From positions 1 through 28,668 of the forward strand of contig JADFVY010000120.1 of the NCBI GenBank assembly GCA_015222795.1: 28,668 nucleotides of DNA. The letters are read 5' to 3'. The notes under the pieces are model-generated. The model did not search any database, was not told where the DNA came from, and was given only the letters and a program-made list of their open reading frames with translations. How positions within the stretch are numbered: position 1 is the stretch's first letter; every line of letters starts with the position of its first letter. A program made the position numbers and the translations under genes. The stretch is from Pseudomonadota bacterium. Lineage in GTDB: Bacteria > Pseudomonadota > Alphaproteobacteria > UBA8366 > JADFVY01. Below, in pieces: positions 27,037-28,668 of the stretch.

Positions 27037-27900
27037 TCAGGAATACCAGGATAGCAGCGCGACGCCGCCGATGATGGCGGCGATGCCGGCCCATTGGGCC
27101 CGGCTCATCGCCTCGCGCAGGATCAAGCGGGCCAGCAGCACCGTCACCGCGCTGAACCCCGATGAAACAACCACCGCCATCTCGGCGCCCGGCAATCCGG
27201 CGGGCGTAAACAACGCCACATAGGCGGCGCTGTCCAGCAGTCCCTGCAGGGCCAGAAAGGGCCACCAGCGAATCGGCATGTGCGGGCGTTGCCGCTTGGC
27301 CGCCAGAACCAGCAACAGGCAGGCGACACCCACCCAGCGGGCGATCCACAGGCTCGGCAATTTGCCGTAAAACGTCGATGCTTCCTGCGCTACCAGCACC
27401 GCGACCGCAAAACCGGCGGCGGCGGCCAGCCCTATCCAGACTGATTTTCGTACATGCTCGTGGCTGTAGCTGCTTTCGCCGCCATCCTCCGCCGCAAACC
27501 GGGCGACGACAACCACGCCCACCAGCACGATCGCGACCGCCAGCAACTCGGTGGCGCCGGGCCGACCGCCGCGCGCCACCGCGATCAGCATGGCGAAGGC
27601 CGGATAGCAGGAACTGATCGGCGCGACCACGGTGACCGGCCCGCGCGCCAACCCCCAATAGAGCAGCAGGGTCGCGAAGGTGATGCCGACACCGCCGGCA
27701 ATCGCCAACGGTCCGCCTTGCGGGTGCCAGGTCAGCGCGGCGAGGTCGTCCCAGGCCAGCAGGGTAAGGCCCAGGCCGCTTATAATCAGCACGCCGACCA
27801 GGGCGACGGTCACACCCATGGCGCGGCCAGTGTAGCGTGCGATAAAGTCCGCCGTGCCCCAGGTTGTCGCGGTTACCGCGCCCCATAATGCCGGATCCAT
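27037..27900 (-). CDS. DMT superfamily EamA-type transporter
   Basis: About 10 hydrophobic helices in two repeats (GL..GPV.VVAPI.S.YP and V.VLLARLILRE......W.GI..IIGGV). Confidence 0.9.
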   Translation of the reverse strand: MDPALWGAVTATTWGTADFIARYTGRAMGVTVALVGVLIISGLGLTLLAWDDLAALTWHPQGGPLAIAGGVGITFATLLLYWGLARGPVTVVAPISSCYPAFAMLIAVARGGRPGATELLAVAIVLVGVVVVARFAAEDGGESSYSHEHVRKSVWIGLAAAAGFAVAVLVAQEASTFYGKLPSLWIARWVGVACLLLVLAAKRQRPHMPIRWWPFLALQGLLDSAAYVALFTPAGLPGAEMAVVVSSGFSAVTVLLARLILREAMSRAQWAGIAAIIGGVALLSWYS

Positions 27901-28012
27901 TTTCGCCTGATTCTCTCTCTTGCCATGGCTTGCCCAAAGACGTCTTAGCGCCTACGATGTTCCCTGATAAAGTGCCTTTCACGGGACTTCAAGCGCACAA
28001 GGGCAAAGTGTC

Positions 28013-28612
28013 ATGCCGGCTGCCGACGATGGAGAAAATGTCATTCGCCTGAACAGCGCCCAGGAAGCGCTGATGCGCCATTTTCTCGGGTGGCAATGCC
28101 GTATCCGCCAGCACGCCATGCGCAAGGATGGCGGACGGCCCTCGCCAGGCATGTGCCCGTCGGTCGAATTTTCTGACGAGGGATCGGCGCGGGTCGAAAT
28201 TGTTATATTGATCAGCCAGAAGGATACGGCGGACACCACCGCCAAGTTCCGCCACATGGCACGCAAGACGCATGACCCGAAGGAACGGCTGGAAGGCGTG
28301 GTAAAGGAACTTTCAGCCGCCTATTTCCAGTATCCGGACGAATTTTCCGACGTCATGACGGCCTTGTTCGCGCCTGCGTCCACCGCCGCCGGCCGACTGG
28401 TCGAGACCGGCCGCTGCGTGCTTCATTTCAGCCAGTATTCGCAGAAATATTCGATTCCCTGCCGGGTCGATCTGCTGGCCGAGGCCGACCCCGTCTGGCA
28501 GGCGACCTTCTGGCACAACAGCCTGTTCAACCCGAACATCCCCGGTGGCGCCCAGGTCCTCGCCTTCACCCCCGACTGGGCCGAGGCGCAAGCCGATCCG
28601 CCGGCGGCATAA
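28013..28612 (+). CDS. Hypothetical protein, 199 aa
   Basis: Complete ORF with host-like codon bias, divergent from the EamA gene. Contains FLGWQCRIRQHAMR.DGGRP and W.ATFWHNSLFNP. No family confidently recognised. Confidence 0.78.
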   Translation: MPAADDGENVIRLNSAQEALMRHFLGWQCRIRQHAMRKDGGRPSPGMCPSVEFSDEGSARVEIVILISQKDTADTTAKFRHMARKTHDPKERLEGVVKELSAAYFQYPDEFSDVMTALFAPASTAAGRLVETGRCVLHFSQYSQKYSIPCRVDLLAEADPVWQATFWHNSLFNPNIPGGAQVLAFTPDWAEAQADPPAA

Positions 28613-28668
28613 CGGGTTTCCCGTCCGCTAATTCACTCCCTCGTTATCGTTCCGCCATGGCGCGGGAC

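Overview
High-GC alphaproteobacterial chromosomal segment (Rhodospirillales-like gene style; taxonomy is inferred, not tested). Most of it is housekeeping backbone: an aa3-type cytochrome c oxidase superoperon on the minus strand (coxB-coxA-ctaB-coxF-ctaG-coxC-DUF983-SURF1, then an M32 carboxypeptidase, thrC, an M16 peptidase and a RimJ-like GNAT), followed by tldD, an aspartic protease, gshA, rsmE, ubiA, ubiD and tldE/pmbA, with several uncharacterised genes in between. The most unusual part is the first ~3.1 kb. A copper nitrite reductase (nirK), an Sco/SenC copper chaperone and an NsrR-type repressor lie between two direct copies of the rimJ 3' end (91-178 and 3060-3147; 81/88 identical, every mismatch synonymous). 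The left copy is a decayed fragment with its own stop codon. This looks like an integrase-less islet inserted at the rimJ 3' end. The nirK promoter has a sigma70 -35/-10 pair overlapped by two NsrR-like boxes, and NirK carries three extra cysteines near the copper-ligand motifs. Family names come from motif recognition by eye; no database searches were run. No rRNA, tRNA, CRISPR array, transposase or integrase was recognised.
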